This document shows positions 36,260 through 45,492 of a DNA stretch of 64,000 nucleotides, one piece after another; position 1 is the stretch's first letter, and each line of letters opens with the position of its first letter. The stretch is taken from positions 6,014-70,013 of the forward strand of contig JAFGJV010000014.1 in the NCBI GenBank assembly GCA_016928955.1. Direction: 5' to 3'. The notes under the pieces were generated by a model that ran no database searches, was not told the origin of the DNA, and was given only the letters and a program-made list of their open reading frames with translations. A program made the translations under genes and the position numbers. The DNA comes from Spirochaetales bacterium (GTDB lineage Bacteria > Spirochaetota > Spirochaetia > Treponematales > UBA12059).

Positions 36260-38440
36260 ATGAGAGCGGCAGCCCTGGCTTTGATTTTCATCCTGTGCCT
36301 TGCCCCCTGTGCCACGGCCCAGGCCGAGGGAGCGGCGTCCGTGGTGGATCTGTCGCGCATTGACGTGTACGTGCGGGAAGGGTTCGCCCTGGAGTGGACC
36401 TTCCAGGCTCCCCTGCCGAACGATTCGGCCTGGAAGCGGGTCAAGGCGGTGGCCGGGAAACGTACTTTGGCGGTGCGCGAGCTGGGCCTGCCTGAGACGC
36501 CCGGACCGACGCTGTTCCCCGCTCCGGGCAGAAAGCCCGCCGAGCGCTACTGCGTGATCGTTCCCTTTACCGCGTCGTCCGCTTTGTTGTCCGCTACCAG
36601 CGGCGTGGGTCTGTACCTGCCGGAGATCGGGCAGAATTGGCAGGCCTACCTCAACGGCTACCTGATCCGGGACGAAACCTACTTTGACGAAACCGGCCGC
36701 ATACGCGTTCAACGCTCGGTCCGCGGCGGCCTCATACAGCTGGACGCGCGCTGGCTCAGGGAGGGCATGAACACGCTGGCTTTCATGGTGGCCGGCAACC
36801 CCGCGGATCCCCTGACCGGACTCGGTTCCAGGGGCTCCTACCTGATAGGCCCGTACGACCGCTTGGCCGAGCTGCGGAGCGAGACGCCCCGCCTCATGCT
36901 GGTAGGCATCTATTTTTTCTTTGCCCTCTACCACTGGGTGCTGTACGGCTTACGGCCAAAGGAAAAGAGCTACCTGTTTTACGGCGTAGCAACCGTCATC
37001 CTGGCGTTCTACATTTTTGCCAGGACCTACGTGGTGTTTGACGTGCTCCTTGACACCAACCTCATCCGGGGCATGGACGCGGCCTTCAGTTTTGTGCTGA
37101 TACCCGTCTTCATGGCCTTTTTCAACGCCGTGCTCAGGCGCAAGCCGTCCGTCTTCGAATACGTGTACGGTGCGGCGTGCGCGGCGCTGGCCATCCTGCA
37201 GTTCGCGCTCTGGAGGGAATTTTTCACCCTGGTATGGAAATGGACGCTCCCCCTGCCCATCGCCTACCTGGCTGTCTTTGACATCATCCTGCCCCTGGCC
37301 AGGAGCATACGGCACTACGTTGGGCTGGCGGGGAAGAAAAAACGGTTCCAGGCCGTGCTCCGCGCGTTGGCCAAAAGCGACGCTACCAAACTGTTGCTTG
37401 GTGGAGCCCTGGTAGGAGGCACTGCCCTTCTGGATTCCCTCGGGGTGCGGTTCGTCAGCTTCATGAACTACATGGACCTGGGTTTCCTGGTCCTGGTGTT
37501 CGGCACGGGCGCGGTGCTTGCCGGCCAGTTCATACGCGTGTACCAGGGCGTGGACCGTACCCGCCAGGACCTTGAGCGACGCGTTGAGACCCGCACCAGG
37601 GAGCTGGAAACCACGCTGGCCGAGGAGGAAGCGCTGAGCGTGCGCCTGTCTGATACCAGCGCCAAGCTGAAAACCGCCGCCGACATAGCGGGCAAGGACC
37701 TTCAGATAGCCACGCAGGTGCAGCAGGGCTTCTTTCCCAAGAAGGCCCCCGTGACCGGAGCCTGGGAAGCCGCCTTTGCCTTCCTGCCAGCCGGCGGCAT
37801 ATCGGGCGACTTCTACGATTTTTACCAGAGCGGGGAGAGGCTGGAAGGCCTGGTGGTTGGCGACGTGTCCGGGCACGGGATAGCCAGCGGCCTGATTACC
37901 GTGCTGGCGCGCTCCGTGTTCCACCGCAACTTCTACGAGCGCAAGCACCGCAGCCTGGGCGCCGTGCTCGAGGCCATCAACGCGGAGCTGATTCCCGAGC
38001 TCTCGGCGGTGGAGAATTTCATCACCGCGGCAGTGCTCAGGCTGGACGAGTCGGGGCAGGTGGAGTACGCAAGCGCGGCCCATACGGAAATCCTGTACCG
38101 CGGCGTTGGGCGGCCCAGGGCCCTGGCGCTGAAACCGCAGGGCGGGGCTGAGTACAAGGGCCCTCCCCTGGGCCGCGAAGGCATAGAAGCCCCGTACAAG
38201 TCCGTCCGTTTCTCGCTCAAGCAGGGCGACTCCATACTCCTGTACACGGACGGCCTTGACGAAAGCCGCAACGTGGACGGCGAGCCCTTTGGCATAGAGG
38301 GCGTGCTGGCCAGCTATTCGACCGCGCCGCAGGGGGAAGCCGCGCAGATGCTGGACTATGTCATGCAGGAGTGGCGCTTCCACACCAGCGGCGCGAAGGT
38401 GGCCGACGACACCACGGTGGTCCTGCTCAAGAAGCTGTAA
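36260..38440 (+). CDS. 7TM receptor (7TMR-DISM-like) fused to a SpoIIE/PP2C phosphatase
   Basis: It has a signal peptide, an extracellular domain of about 190 aa, seven TM helices and a coiled coil. The PP2C motifs GGISGDFYDF, VGDVSGHG, LLYTDGL and ADDTTVVLLK follow. Confidence 0.85.
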   Translation: MRAAALALIFILCLAPCATAQAEGAASVVDLSRIDVYVREGFALEWTFQAPLPNDSAWKRVKAVAGKRTLAVRELGLPETPGPTLFPAPGRKPAERYCVIVPFTASSALLSATSGVGLYLPEIGQNWQAYLNGYLIRDETYFDETGRIRVQRSVRGGLIQLDARWLREGMNTLAFMVAGNPADPLTGLGSRGSYLIGPYDRLAELRSETPRLMLVGIYFFFALYHWVLYGLRPKEKSYLFYGVATVILAFYIFARTYVVFDVLLDTNLIRGMDAAFSFVLIPVFMAFFNAVLRRKPSVFEYVYGAACAALAILQFALWREFFTLVWKWTLPLPIAYLAVFDIILPLARSIRHYVGLAGKKKRFQAVLRALAKSDATKLLLGGALVGGTALLDSLGVRFVSFMNYMDLGFLVLVFGTGAVLAGQFIRVYQGVDRTRQDLERRVETRTRELETTLAEEEALSVRLSDTSAKLKTAADIAGKDLQIATQVQQGFFPKKAPVTGAWEAAFAFLPAGGISGDFYDFYQSGERLEGLVVGDVSGHGIASGLITVLARSVFHRNFYERKHRSLGAVLEAINAELIPELSAVENFITAAVLRLDESGQVEYASAAHTEILYRGVGRPRALALKPQGGAEYKGPPLGREGIEAPYKSVRFSLKQGDSILLYTDGLDESRNVDGEPFGIEGVLASYSTAPQGEAAQMLDYVMQEWRFHTSGAKVADDTTVVLLKKL

Positions 38441-38482
38441 GCGGCTTGCCCGGGCAGCCGGAGCGCAAGCGTCGCCCAGCTA

Positions 38483-38521
38483 AGGGAACATCTCATAATC
38501 ATGGGTTTCTAAATGTTCCCT
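38483..38521. repeat. GGGAAC...GTTCCC hairpin between convergent genes, resembling the first hairpin of the 57077 repeat
   Basis: 9-bp stem AGGGAACAT (38483-38491) / ATGTTCCCT (38513-38521) with a 21-nt A/T-rich loop. Confidence 0.5.
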
Positions 38522-38527
38522 CTCACG

Positions 38528-38716
38528 CTAGCGCACGCAGGCTTTGCGTTCGTAGGCTGGGCAGTGTCTGCCCGTGGCGGCGTACACCTCGTGGCTGGGA
38601 AGCTTGCGGGTCTTGATCTCAAACATGCGGCAGCCGCGCGGAAAGGCCGCGTCCCAGGTCACGTAGAAGTGGACGCAGGACAGGCAGTTAGGAGCGCGCG
38701 CGGGACACTCTGGCAT
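38528..38716 (-). CDS. Small conserved Cys-rich protein (62 aa)
   Basis: MPECPARAPNCLSCVHFYVTWDAAFPRGCRMFEIKTRKLPSHEVYAATGRHCPAYERK. The C-x(7)-C-x2-C ... C ... C pattern matches a widespread small-protein family that I recall is sometimes mis-annotated as uracil-DNA glycosylase. Confidence 0.55.
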   Translation of the reverse strand: MPECPARAPNCLSCVHFYVTWDAAFPRGCRMFEIKTRKLPSHEVYAATGRHCPAYERKACVR

Positions 38717-38781
38717 GGCCTTGAGTGTAGCCTCCCGGGCCGGGCTTGGCTAGCGTCGGCTTTTTTTCGTACATTGTAGCC

Positions 38782-39420
38782 ATGAACTTACTCAGAACCC
38801 TGCGAAAACCCTTCCGCTACACCCAGAGCAACGCCACGCTGATACTCATAGGCGTGAACGTTTTTGTGTTCGTCCTCGGTTACGCGGTGAAGGAAATAGG
38901 CGGCTACCTGGCCCTGTGGCCGGTAGCCGTGGTGGAAGGCCCCTGGCTGTGGCAACCGTTCACGTACATGTTCGTCCATGCGGACCTTCAGCACTTGTTT
39001 TTCAACATGCTGGGCCTTCTGTTGTTCGGCATGGCCGTTGAGCGCGAGCTGGGCAGTCGGGAATTCACGCTGTTCTACCTTCTGTCCGGCACGGTAGCCG
39101 GCCTGTGCTCCCTGCTGGCCTTCATCATAGGCGGGGCGTGGAACGCCTATCTGGTGGGGGCGTCCGGAGCCGTGTACGCCGTGCTCTTGGCCTTTGCCGT
39201 GCTCCATCCGCGCGCCCGCATCTTTATCTGGGGTCTGGTACCGGTGCCGTCCGCCGTGCTGGTAGCCCTGTATACGGTGGTAGAGCTGTGGTCTGAGGTG
39301 TTCGGGCTCGGGGGCAACGTGGCGCACCTGACCCACCTGTTCGGCTTTGCGGCGGCCGCCCTGTATTTCCCCGTGCGTTTTGGGGTCAATCCAATCCGGC
39401 GCCTTATCAAAGGCTCCTGA
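38782..39420 (+). CDS. Rhomboid-family intramembrane serine protease
   Basis: ORF trimmed to ATG 38782. It has six TM helices, the catalytic GASGAVYAV motif and a downstream His in AHLTHLFGF. Confidence 0.85.
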   Translation: MNLLRTLRKPFRYTQSNATLILIGVNVFVFVLGYAVKEIGGYLALWPVAVVEGPWLWQPFTYMFVHADLQHLFFNMLGLLLFGMAVERELGSREFTLFYLLSGTVAGLCSLLAFIIGGAWNAYLVGASGAVYAVLLAFAVLHPRARIFIWGLVPVPSAVLVALYTVVELWSEVFGLGGNVAHLTHLFGFAAAALYFPVRFGVNPIRRLIKGS

Positions 39421-39500
39421 GAAAAGAGCGTCGCGCGTCGTGCCGATACTGTAAGGGGCGGTCCGCCGGGCCACGGATGCTGCCCCCAACGGAGGTATGC

Positions 39501-40244
39501 ATGCGTGCGTTCAAGGCAAAAGGCGGGATACTCGGGCTGGTCCTGCTTGCCGCCCTGGCGGCCGGCGCCCATGCCCAGGACAGGGATGTGGCCCTCAGGG
39601 CGGAATTTCCCGCGGATCTTGAAAGTGTCCCGCCAGCGCCGGGCTTTCCCGGCGTGCCCGATCCCCTGTACAACCCGCGCGTTCCCGACAAAGAAGTAGC
39701 CTTGGCCATACTGGAAGAAGCGCGCTGGGTGTTCGCGGGCATGGTGTGGGGCTTTTCCTACCGCTACACCCCCAGCGACAAGGCCAGGGCCATTGCCGAG
39801 CTGTTCCAGGCCGAGCCGCGCGGCGAACTGCCCCTTGGCTACCCCGGGGTGCGCTTTCCGTCCGTACGGCAGGAAGGCTTTACCGTATACGCCACGGTGG
39901 AGTGGGTGCTGAGTCCGGCTGACCGATCCGAGTACGGGGCATGGGCCGGAGCTCCCTACGCGTCTGGACAGGGGCAAGGATCGGCAAGGGCGTACCTGCC
40001 GGGGCGGGGCGGGGAGGATACGGGCCTGGGCCAGGTTGGCGCGCGCAGGGAAGCCATGCTGGACGCCGCACGGTCGGCCGTGCGCGAATACCTGCGCGGC
40101 ATCACGCACAACAAGCCGCGGGAGGCCACGGGGAGCTTTGCGTTCGCGGGGCCGCCCCGGGTGATACTCAGGGAAGGGAACTGGATAGCCACGGTACGGC
40201 TCCGGATCAGTGTGGACGAAATATCGTCATACGGAAGCTATTAA
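39501..40244 (+). CDS. Hypothetical secreted protein
   Basis: ATG 39501 is preceded by GGAGG. The signal peptide is MRAFKAKGGILGLVLLAALAAGAHA. I recognise no family. Confidence 0.6.
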   Translation: MRAFKAKGGILGLVLLAALAAGAHAQDRDVALRAEFPADLESVPPAPGFPGVPDPLYNPRVPDKEVALAILEEARWVFAGMVWGFSYRYTPSDKARAIAELFQAEPRGELPLGYPGVRFPSVRQEGFTVYATVEWVLSPADRSEYGAWAGAPYASGQGQGSARAYLPGRGGEDTGLGQVGARREAMLDAARSAVREYLRGITHNKPREATGSFAFAGPPRVILREGNWIATVRLRISVDEISSYGSY

Positions 40245-40344
40245 CGGAACCTTCAACAGGATGTTGAAAACCGGATGCCCTTCAGCATCCTGCCAAGCAC
40301 ATGCGTTGGTTCAGGCTGATGGAAGGGCGGCCGGCCTTTGCGGC

Positions 40345-41226
40345 CTACAGGCTCCGCTCCGCCTCCTCATGCATGGTTTCCAGTCCCGCCATGAGCGCGT
40401 CCACGATCACCTGCTTCTTGTCGTCACGGAAATGCTTGTGCTGTTTGGCCCTGTCACGGAATTCCTCGCAGGACAGGGGCGCGCCGGCGGTGAACACCAC
40501 CTTGTCCTTGCACACCAGGTCTTCGTGCATCTCGCCCTCGGGATTGACCCTGAGTATGTTGCCGTTGACCGCCACCAGGGACATGTAATCGAAGGACTTG
40601 AGGTACGAGTCTATCTCCCGCACGCCCTTCTTGCTTGAAGGGTCCCAGGGCCGGTAGCGGGTACCCGCGGGGAAAACCAGGATCAGCTTGCCGGATTTTT
40701 TGAGTTGGCCCAGGGCTTTCATGGCCGCGTGGTTTATGCTGGCGCCCTTCATCATTTCCGAAACCAGTTCTTTGGGGTCCTTGATATTGTTTTTGATGAT
40801 CTCCAGGGAGCGGCTGGGGTAGATGACCAGGCGGGAATAGGCCTCGCTGAAGGCGGCGACCACCGGGTCGGTTTCCGTCAGCTTGATGCCCGCCACGGCG
40901 ACGATACGGGAGTCTATGTCCACGCCTTCCTTGCCGGCCTGCCTGAGCAGGTAGGAGAAAGCCGGCAGGTCAAAGTTGCTGTAATGCTCCAGCAAGAGCA
41001 GGCAGGACGCTCCGTCCGCGGCCAAGCGCGCCAGTTCCACCAGGTTTTCCAGGGAGCGGATCCCGCTGCCGGGTTCCACGTTCTCCGACACCATGGTGTC
41101 GATAAAGGGCAGAAGCTTGGGGTTGCCGGGGCGATACACGTCGTCGCTGGTTACCGTGGTGCTCCTGCTGGAATACTTGATCATGTTCAGGATCAGGTCT
41201 TTGTAGCGGCCGCTTATCGCTTCCAT
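40345..41226 (-). CDS. Glycerolipid acyltransferase (PlsC/GPAT superfamily)
   Basis: The H-x4-D motif is in LLLEHYSNFD and the downstream motif is LVFPAGTR. Confidence 0.7.
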   Translation of the reverse strand: MEAISGRYKDLILNMIKYSSRSTTVTSDDVYRPGNPKLLPFIDTMVSENVEPGSGIRSLENLVELARLAADGASCLLLLEHYSNFDLPAFSYLLRQAGKEGVDIDSRIVAVAGIKLTETDPVVAAFSEAYSRLVIYPSRSLEIIKNNIKDPKELVSEMMKGASINHAAMKALGQLKKSGKLILVFPAGTRYRPWDPSSKKGVREIDSYLKSFDYMSLVAVNGNILRVNPEGEMHEDLVCKDKVVFTAGAPLSCEEFRDRAKQHKHFRDDKKQVIVDALMAGLETMHEEAERSL

Positions 41227-41313
41227 CTGTCGGTTCCTTCCGGATTTGGGCCTGGTTGCCCGGACGGCGCCAGTATAGACATCGCCAAAACTGATGTCAA
41301 CATGAACGACGAT

Positions 41314-42557
41314 TCAGAATGGAAATTCCACGGGTAGCCAATCTTCGATATCGGACATCGAGCTGTCGATCAAACCGATATCGACCTTGGCCGTGGTTTC
41401 GGCTATTACCCAGTTCTGGTCGCGGTACGGGTACCGGGCACCTCCTCCCGGCACCTTGACGGCGGCCAGGGCGTGCTGGTGCTCAAGCGATACCAGCAAA
41501 AGGGTTTCTATGCCTTCCCTCCTGAGCAGGGCGGCCAGGACCAGCGCCCGGGAATCGCAGTCGCCCCGGCCTTCCATGGCAGCGCTCAAAGGATTGACCA
41601 CGTCCGAGCCTTGAGGGTTGCGCTGATAGGTCCAGTTCTGGGTCCAGTTCAGAAGGGCCGCCGCGTATGCCCGGGGATCGGCGGCCGTGCCGTGGCTGGG
41701 CGAGGGGCCGTCTGATTTCCGGGGCGCCTGTCCGCCCGGCCCGGCCCAGGCTCCAGACGACCATGCGTGGGCCAGCTCCAGGGCCAACCTGTCCAGCGAC
41801 GGGGCACAGTCGCGCCACACCATCCGGTAGAAGCGCTTGACCGCGGCGTCAACCAGTTCAGGCATCGCGCCATACGGGGCCAGGACGCGGTACTCCCGCT
41901 CGGTGGTATCCTGGGCCACAGCCCCTTCCCGGGGATCCCAGTCAAGGACAAGGCTGGCCTGGCCAAAACTCAGGTTCACGCGTGTGGCCCTGGCTTTTCC
42001 AAGCTGGGCCCGGGCCCGGGTACCCAAGGGGCCGGGGGCGGCCCTGTGAGCGGCGTCGGCCGAGAATCCGTCCAAGGCGGACGCTATGACGTCCTTTGTA
42101 GCTCCATAGTCGCCCGCAAGCGAGTATACGAGCAGGGTCAGGTCGTAGGCTTCCGCGTCCGCCGATGGGCCGTCCAGCACAAAAAGCAGGCCCTTGAACG
42201 ACGACGTACCGCTGCCGAAGGACACTTCGGCCAGCAAGGCGTCCCGGTTGGCGTAGCGGTACGCGTACGGCGAGCCCGCCGTGGCCAGTTTCTTGGCCAC
42301 GCTGTCCCACGCGGATCTGGCCGTGGGGTATCGTGCGCCGGGAGCCACCTGGATTTCGGCCACCACGGACTGGTCCAGGGACAGGAAGGTAAAACTGGAT
42401 TCGCCGTCGCCGCCCGCCAGGTCAAAGCCCTCGGGCAGGTCAATGAAGAACCCCTTGTCCGAGTACCATTCGTCGGCCAGGGCGGGAACGGCCAGGATCA
42501 GGGCCAGCGCCGCCACCGCCAGTGGATGCCCGGCCCGCGGGCGCGTGTGGATGCTCA
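41314..42557 (-). CDS. Secreted protein with a C-terminal transglutaminase-like cysteine protease fold
   Basis: ORF trimmed to ATG 42557 (MSIHTRPRAGHPLAVAALALILAVPALA). The C-terminal region GRGDCDSRALVLAALLRREGIE...HQHALAAVKV...NWVIAETT fits the Cys-His-Asp/Glu pattern. Confidence 0.6.
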
Positions 42558-42610
42558 TACAGCCAGTATACCGCGCCCGGGGCTCCGGGTCGACACGGGC
42601 GCGGCGCGCT

Positions 42611-42988
42611 CTAGATTGTCCGCTTGTCCGGTGACGTGCCGTCCTTGCCGGTTTGGGCGGGGGCAAGGTCCCTGTCCAGGGCGGCAACGGCCATGCTTCT
42701 GAAGGTCTCGTAGGAAGGAGCCTGGTCGAACGAGGCCAGCACGCCCCTGCCCGACGCGTCCTCGCGGGTGAGCTTCCACGCGCCCAGGAGGTCGGATTCC
42801 AGGTTGACGGCCAGCACGGGAGCGTTCAGGCCAGCTTCGAAGAAGAACATGCGGTAGCGGTAGCGCTCGCCACTGCCGGAGGGCGGCACTATGACCGTGG
42901 CAACACGAAACCGGCCCCAGTCGAAACGTTCTGCCGGGGTGCCGGCGTAGAGGTACTTCATCCAGGAAACGTCGCGGAGAGACTGCAT
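42611..42988 (-). CDS. Hypothetical 125-aa protein
   Basis: The frame has coding-like composition and lies 53 nt upstream of the transglutaminase-like gene. I recognise no family. The overlapping 42555..43217 ORF is Arg/Pro-rich and was rejected. Confidence 0.5.
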   Translation of the reverse strand: MQSLRDVSWMKYLYAGTPAERFDWGRFRVATVIVPPSGSGERYRYRMFFFEAGLNAPVLAVNLESDLLGAWKLTREDASGRGVLASFDQAPSYETFRSMAVAALDRDLAPAQTGKDGTSPDKRTI

Positions 42989-43089
42989 GCAAGGCTCCCT
43001 CGCTCTGGGTAAGGATAGACCATCCGCGTCGGAAATGCCATGGCGTAAGGAAACGCTCCGTGGTCACAGCTGTTAGCGCGCGGCTACGG

Positions 43090-43118
43090 CGCTTACGCGC
43101 TTGCCCCGCCCCGCTCGG
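43090..43118 (+). promoter_or_regulatory. Candidate sigma70-type promoter giving a leader of about 220 nt for corA
   Basis: TTGCCC (43090-43095), a 17-nt spacer, then TATACT (43113-43118). Confidence 0.4.
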
Positions 43119-43343
43119 GGAGCTATACTGCCTGGTAGCGGCCTTGCGGCCGGCCATCCACGCAATGAAGGGGGACACGTCCATGCCGGACCCGGACTCT
43201 AGTTCCAGGCACGACATTCAGCCATACCCACGTACGCCCCCGGACGGATGGTTCTCTGACCTGAGCTGAGTCTCGGGACCTTCCGTTCGGGAGCCCATCC
43301 CGGCAAGCCCCAGGTGTACGCGCCTGGGCCGGAAGGAATTCTC

Positions 43344-44333
43344 ATGACCCGATACTGGAAGAAGGACGGGAACCGCCTTGCGCCCGTCGATTCCCCGGGC
43401 AAGGGCGTCTGGATAGACGTCCGCGGCGCCACGCGCGAGGACCTGGACGCCATCGAGCGCGACCTTGGCGTCCTTCCCGAGCATCTCCAGGACATGCTCG
43501 ACATGGACGAGCGCTCGCGCATAGAAAAAGAAGATCACTACACCATGATCATCCTGCGCCTGCCCATGTACGACACCAGCTACGAGGTGATCTACTTCAC
43601 CGCGCCCGTGGGCGTCATCCTGTTCAAGGACCGCATCGTGACCCTGTCGGCCACGGATTGCGAGGTTCTGCACGAGCTGGCCCAGGGCAAGGCCAGGGAC
43701 CTGGACCCGGCCAACAAGAGCGCTTTCCTCCTGTCCCTGATGGGCCGGGCGGCCATCCTGTACCTGCGCTACCTCAAGGACCTGAACCGGCGCACCGCGG
43801 CCATAGAGCGCGAGCTCCAGCGCTCGGTCAAGAACAACGAGCTGGTGCAGCTCCTGGCCATATCCAGCTCCCTGGTGTTTTTCACCACGTCACTGCGCTC
43901 GGACGAGCTGGTGCTGGAAAAGCTCCAGAAATCCGGCCTGGTGCGCTTCAAGGAGGACGAGGGCGAGCTCCTGGAGGACGTGGCCACCGATTTCCGCCAG
44001 GCCATAGAAATGTCCAACATATACAGCGACATCCTGGCCGGCATGATGGACGCGTACGCGTCGGTCATATCGAACAACCTCAACATAGTCATGAAACGGC
44101 TGACCATCATATCCATCACCCTGATGATACCGACCTTCCTGGCCAGCCTGTACGGCATGAACGTGCCCCTGCCGCTGGCTCACAGCCCTTGGGCCTTCCC
44201 GATCATCCTGGGGGCGTGCGGCCTTGGGGCGACGCTGTCGGTCCTGCTGCTCCGGGACAAGCGCAAGCCCACCCGCAAGGCCCTCTTGGCGCCGGCGGCC
44301 GGGGGCATGGTCCTGGGCCGGGGAGCCGGCTGA
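43344..44333 (+). CDS. corA: CorA-family Mg2+/Co2+ transporter
   Basis: ORF trimmed to ATG 43344, preceded by GGAAGGA. The YGMNV motif lies between two C-terminal TM helices. Confidence 0.9.
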   Translation: MTRYWKKDGNRLAPVDSPGKGVWIDVRGATREDLDAIERDLGVLPEHLQDMLDMDERSRIEKEDHYTMIILRLPMYDTSYEVIYFTAPVGVILFKDRIVTLSATDCEVLHELAQGKARDLDPANKSAFLLSLMGRAAILYLRYLKDLNRRTAAIERELQRSVKNNELVQLLAISSSLVFFTTSLRSDELVLEKLQKSGLVRFKEDEGELLEDVATDFRQAIEMSNIYSDILAGMMDAYASVISNNLNIVMKRLTIISITLMIPTFLASLYGMNVPLPLAHSPWAFPIILGACGLGATLSVLLLRDKRKPTRKALLAPAAGGMVLGRGAG

Positions 44334-44401
44334 GAACGGGTCTGGCGCTCCGGCATATCGGGCCTTGCGCTCCGTGGCGGCTGACCTTATGCTATGGCGC
44401 C

Positions 44402-45073
44402 ATGGTGCCCGCGCTCTACTCCGACGACGACATACTCATCCTTGACAAGCCGTCCGGGCTCCCGTCCCAGCCGGGCCAGGGCGTGCGCGTCAGCGTGGTG
44501 GAGGCGGTGGAGCGCGACTACGGCTTCAGGCCCTGGCTGGTCCACCGGCTGGACCGGGACACGGCCGGTTGCCTGATCGTTGCCCGGTCGGCGCGGGCCG
44601 CCGCCGACGCATCCGCCCTCCTGGAGTCGCGCCGGGCCAGGAAACTGTACCGCGCCGTGGTTCTGGGCGGGCCGGATGAACCCGAGGGCCAACTGAGCTC
44701 GGACGTGTCCGTCCGGGGCAAGGCCGTGGCCGCGCTCACCCGCTACCGGCTCCTTGGCCGCTCGTCCGGCCTGGCCTACGTGGAGGCGGAGCTGGGCACC
44801 GGCCGCATGCACCAGCTCAGGCAGCATTTTGCCGATTCGCTGTGGCCCATCCTGGCCGACGACCGCTACGGAAACTTCAGCCGCAACAAGGAGCTGGGCA
44901 GGCTGTACGGTGCCAAGCGGCTGTTCCTCTGGTCCTGGCGCCTGGTCCTGCCCCTCAGTCATGGCGTGGTGGACGTACGCTCGTCGGTCCCGCCACATTT
45001 TTTGTCGCTGCTTGAGAGGCTGGATCTGGATCCCCTGATGGGCGACGCCGGCGGCCCAGGGAGCCTGCCATGA
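44402..45073 (+). CDS. RluA-family pseudouridine synthase
   Basis: This is the C-terminal part of ORF 43658..45073, taken from ATG 44402. The catalytic motif is HRLDRDTAGCLIVA, and GRMHQLRQH is also present. The start is uncertain because no clear RBS is visible. Confidence 0.8.
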   Translation: MVPALYSDDDILILDKPSGLPSQPGQGVRVSVVEAVERDYGFRPWLVHRLDRDTAGCLIVARSARAAADASALLESRRARKLYRAVVLGGPDEPEGQLSSDVSVRGKAVAALTRYRLLGRSSGLAYVEAELGTGRMHQLRQHFADSLWPILADDRYGNFSRNKELGRLYGAKRLFLWSWRLVLPLSHGVVDVRSSVPPHFLSLLERLDLDPLMGDAGGPGSLP

Positions 45074-45492
45074 AGACGCGCGTTGACGGCACGGTGTCGC
45101 CTTTTACCTGGACCCGGGGCGCGGTGTGGCTCCTGCCCGACGGCTCGTCCCTGGTGGTGCCCGGTTTCCATGACGACTGGATACGCAACCACCAGGACCT
45201 GGTTCCCGACTGCGACAACGTGTGCGACGTGGTCAGGCGCAAGGGCTGGCTGTCCGTGGTCGCCTACGCCGAGGGCTACGTGGAACTCATGATCCCGTCG
45301 CGCAACGACAAGGCGGCCCTGGCCCTCTGCCACGAGCACCTGGCGCGCAACGCCGGACACTGGAAAACCGCCCTGGTCATGACCATGGACGAGGAGGGCT
45401 ACGCCCGGCTGACCCCGGAAGACGTAGCCGCCTGCGCTACGCCCGAGCATCTCCTGGACAGCATGCTCACGCAGGGAACAGGAGTTCTTTAA
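45070..45492 (+). CDS. Hypothetical 140-aa protein, ATGA-coupled to the pseudouridine synthase gene
   Basis: ATG 45070 overlaps the TGA at 45071-45073 and GGGAG lies upstream. I recognise no family. Confidence 0.6.
   Translation: MKTRVDGTVSPFTWTRGAVWLLPDGSSLVVPGFHDDWIRNHQDLVPDCDNVCDVVRRKGWLSVVAYAEGYVELMIPSRNDKAALALCHEHLARNAGHWKTALVMTMDEEGYARLTPEDVAACATPEHLLDSMLTQGTGVL

Noticed and set aside
36950-38383. 477-aa minus-strand ORF antisense to the 7TM-PP2C gene
   Set aside because: It is an antisense artefact. The plus-strand product has a complete, ordered domain architecture.
42555-43217. 220-aa minus-strand ORF spanning the corA upstream region
   Set aside because: It has Arg/Pro/Gly-rich, non-coding-like composition. 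It also overlaps the better 42611..42988 ORF and the intergenic promoter region.
43060-43269. 69-aa plus-strand ORF in the corA leader
   Set aside because: It has no RBS and unconvincing composition. I treated the region as an untranslated leader.
42989-43343. M-box (ykoK) Mg2+ riboswitch upstream of corA
   Set aside because: I could not find the conserved M-box core segments by eye. Only a generic structured-leader hypothesis is retained, and it needs cmscan to settle.
43658-44401. N-terminal 248 aa of ORF 43658..45073
   Set aside because: It lies inside corA in another frame and is Pro/Gly/Arg-rich. Only the part from 44402 shows pseudouridine synthase motifs.
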